Assembly (NCBI RefSeq): GCF_035084215.1
Contig: NC_090335.1
Span: forward strand, 54,126,001 to 54,190,000
Direction of reading: 5' to 3'
Origin: Heptranchias perlo
Taxonomy: Eukaryota
DNA length: 64,000 bases
Shown one piece after another: positions 62,200 through 64,000 of this stretch; positions within the stretch are counted from its first letter, which is position 1, and every line of letters begins with the position of its first letter. The notes beneath the pieces are model-generated. The model did no database searches. It was given only the letters and a program-made list of their open reading frames with translations, and was not told the origin of the DNA. Position numbers and translations under genes: made by a program.

Positions 62200-64000
62200 A
62201 CTAACCGTAGCCTGCAGCATACATCCCAGTCCAAAAGGCCACTAAGACCTATGAATTAACTTCAAAGGGACAAATGTATTTTCTGCACATGATCATTATC
62301 TGTTTGCAGCTTTGCATATATGTTAACATTTTGATAAAGTATAGCTAGACTAATCATCCATGATAAAGTTTCCACATCCTGGCTTATCTACAGATCAAAG
62401 AACCTGCCTCCATTCTCACAGATAGCTGTGGTCTGGCCTCCTTTTTGTAGTTTAATAAAGATATCTTCCATCTTATCTCTAGTTATTTCTCAAACACATT
62501 TACCCCAGTGTATTTCCTGCCGTATGAAATAAGTATGGTGCAGAATTTTTTCATATTTCTTGTAGGACAAAAATTCTGCTTTCATCATACACAACAGCAC
62601 CAAGGTTAAAAGTGAAAGAGAGCGGGGAAATCCACTGGAACCTCAGGCTATGCCCCCCCCCCCCAATAGCGGGCAATGGCAGTTGCAGCAGTGGAGGGAA
62701 AGCCCAGTCAGGGGACATGACGAGGTGGGCCTCACTTTCAAAACTTCCCAACAGTCTGCATCTCAATCCTATCGGATTATGGACAGGAATGTGGAGGAGA
62801 ATGAGCTTCAAGTCATAAGTGTACAAAAGTAAACGTACTCCCACAGGATTTGAAGACATATAGCATTCAATGACAGGTATAGTATTATCAGGAGGAATGG
62901 GTGGCAGCAGATTAACAATAAGTAAGCTCTTCAATTTCTATCATAATTCAGTTGTATGCTTTTGAAAGACAAAGCACTTTTGCTTTTAATTTGGAGTCTT
63001 GGGCGAGCACTGGTCTAATAGACACCTGTGAGCTCTGTGCACTAACTCTCCTATTTACTGTTGTTCTTGCCATCTCTCAAAATCATGGCTCATTAGAGGC
63101 TACTTTTAATGCTTTGTGTGTGCACATGACTTGACACAAGTTGCAAAACCCATGCTAAAAGATTTTTTATAAAGTTTGTACATTTCATCCCATGGACTTG
63201 GACGACTGGTTATTTTGTTCACTTGTTTATAAAAAAAAGTATTTATTTCAACATTACATTCTCTCCACTGTGTTTTACGTCAGGAATTGGTGCAGAGCCA
63301 GCTGTGTGTCTGCATGTTTTTATGATCACATGAAATAGCATTATGACATGAAGAGCCAGTCCAATGTATTTTGTGGGCCAACACCTAATTTGATGGCAGC
63401 TCTAGGTCTGTGATGCCATTGGAAGTCTAAGGCTCTCCTTTTTTATGATGACAGAACTGTTCATTGGCCGTCAACCATATTCTTTCAAGGTAAAATTGCC
63501 TTAAGATGACATTCCCACTAGATGACTATTCATTCAGTGTCATAGCACAAAACAGCTATGTGTCAGGTGTAAGAATTATTGGAGTAATGTTTGCTCACAC
63601 CACCTGTAAGAATTTATAAAATAGCACAAAATGAGTAAAAGGCATTGGTTATGTTCCTATAGGGACAGAAATGTCAAATTTTCTCATTGAAGTATAGGAG
63701 CTTTTAAACATTTCAAATAATACGATAGACTATGCAGATAGCCTTTGATTAAACAGATGGTCGGTTCATACATTAGAATGGTGGCTTTGTCCAAGTAGTG
63801 AGTAGATGACCTCATTATCATTGTTAGATTGCTCTCTCACTGGGGCTCTCACATTTCTTTCACTTTCAGATGTGGCTGTTTTCCTGGATGACAGAACTTC
63901 TTTTTCGGGAACAAATTAAACAGGAAAATTGTTAGAGGAGTCTATTTCTGTTCAATCGGTAAAACAACCCATACGTTGCAGCGGGTATGTAATGTCAGCT

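Overview
Vertebrate genomic DNA, most likely a cartilaginous fish (shark). This is inferred from the repeat families and protein divergence, not proven. Two genes converge. On + are the last six coding exons of CIP2A/KIAA1524 (4269-14836). On - is a complete five-exon B7-family gene with signal peptide-IgV-IgC-IgV-TM architecture, i.e. HHLA2/B7-H7 (35361->19993, 374 aa). MYH15, which lies between these genes in human, is not present. About half the window is transposon-derived: many CR1 LINE fragments (one nearly intact ORF2), a second LINE family (CR1-Zenon-like), L2/Deu/LF-type SINE relics, PIF/Harbinger MITEs plus a decayed Harbinger Myb gene, a probable solo LTR, and three Penelope-type hairpin mini-elements. 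Best candidates for novelty: (1) a full-length single-ORF LINE (36468-40021) that starts with a tRNA-Thr(AGU)-like Pol III promoter, has no TTTT Pol III terminator on its sense strand over ~3.3 kb and no in-frame AUG before its endonuclease domain, suggesting a Pol III-transcribed autonomous retrotransposon; (2) fold-back Penelope-like mini-elements with 11-13-bp TSDs, one carrying a minimal hammerhead ribozyme on each arm. All coordinates and counts were read by eye; boundaries of decayed repeats are approximate.
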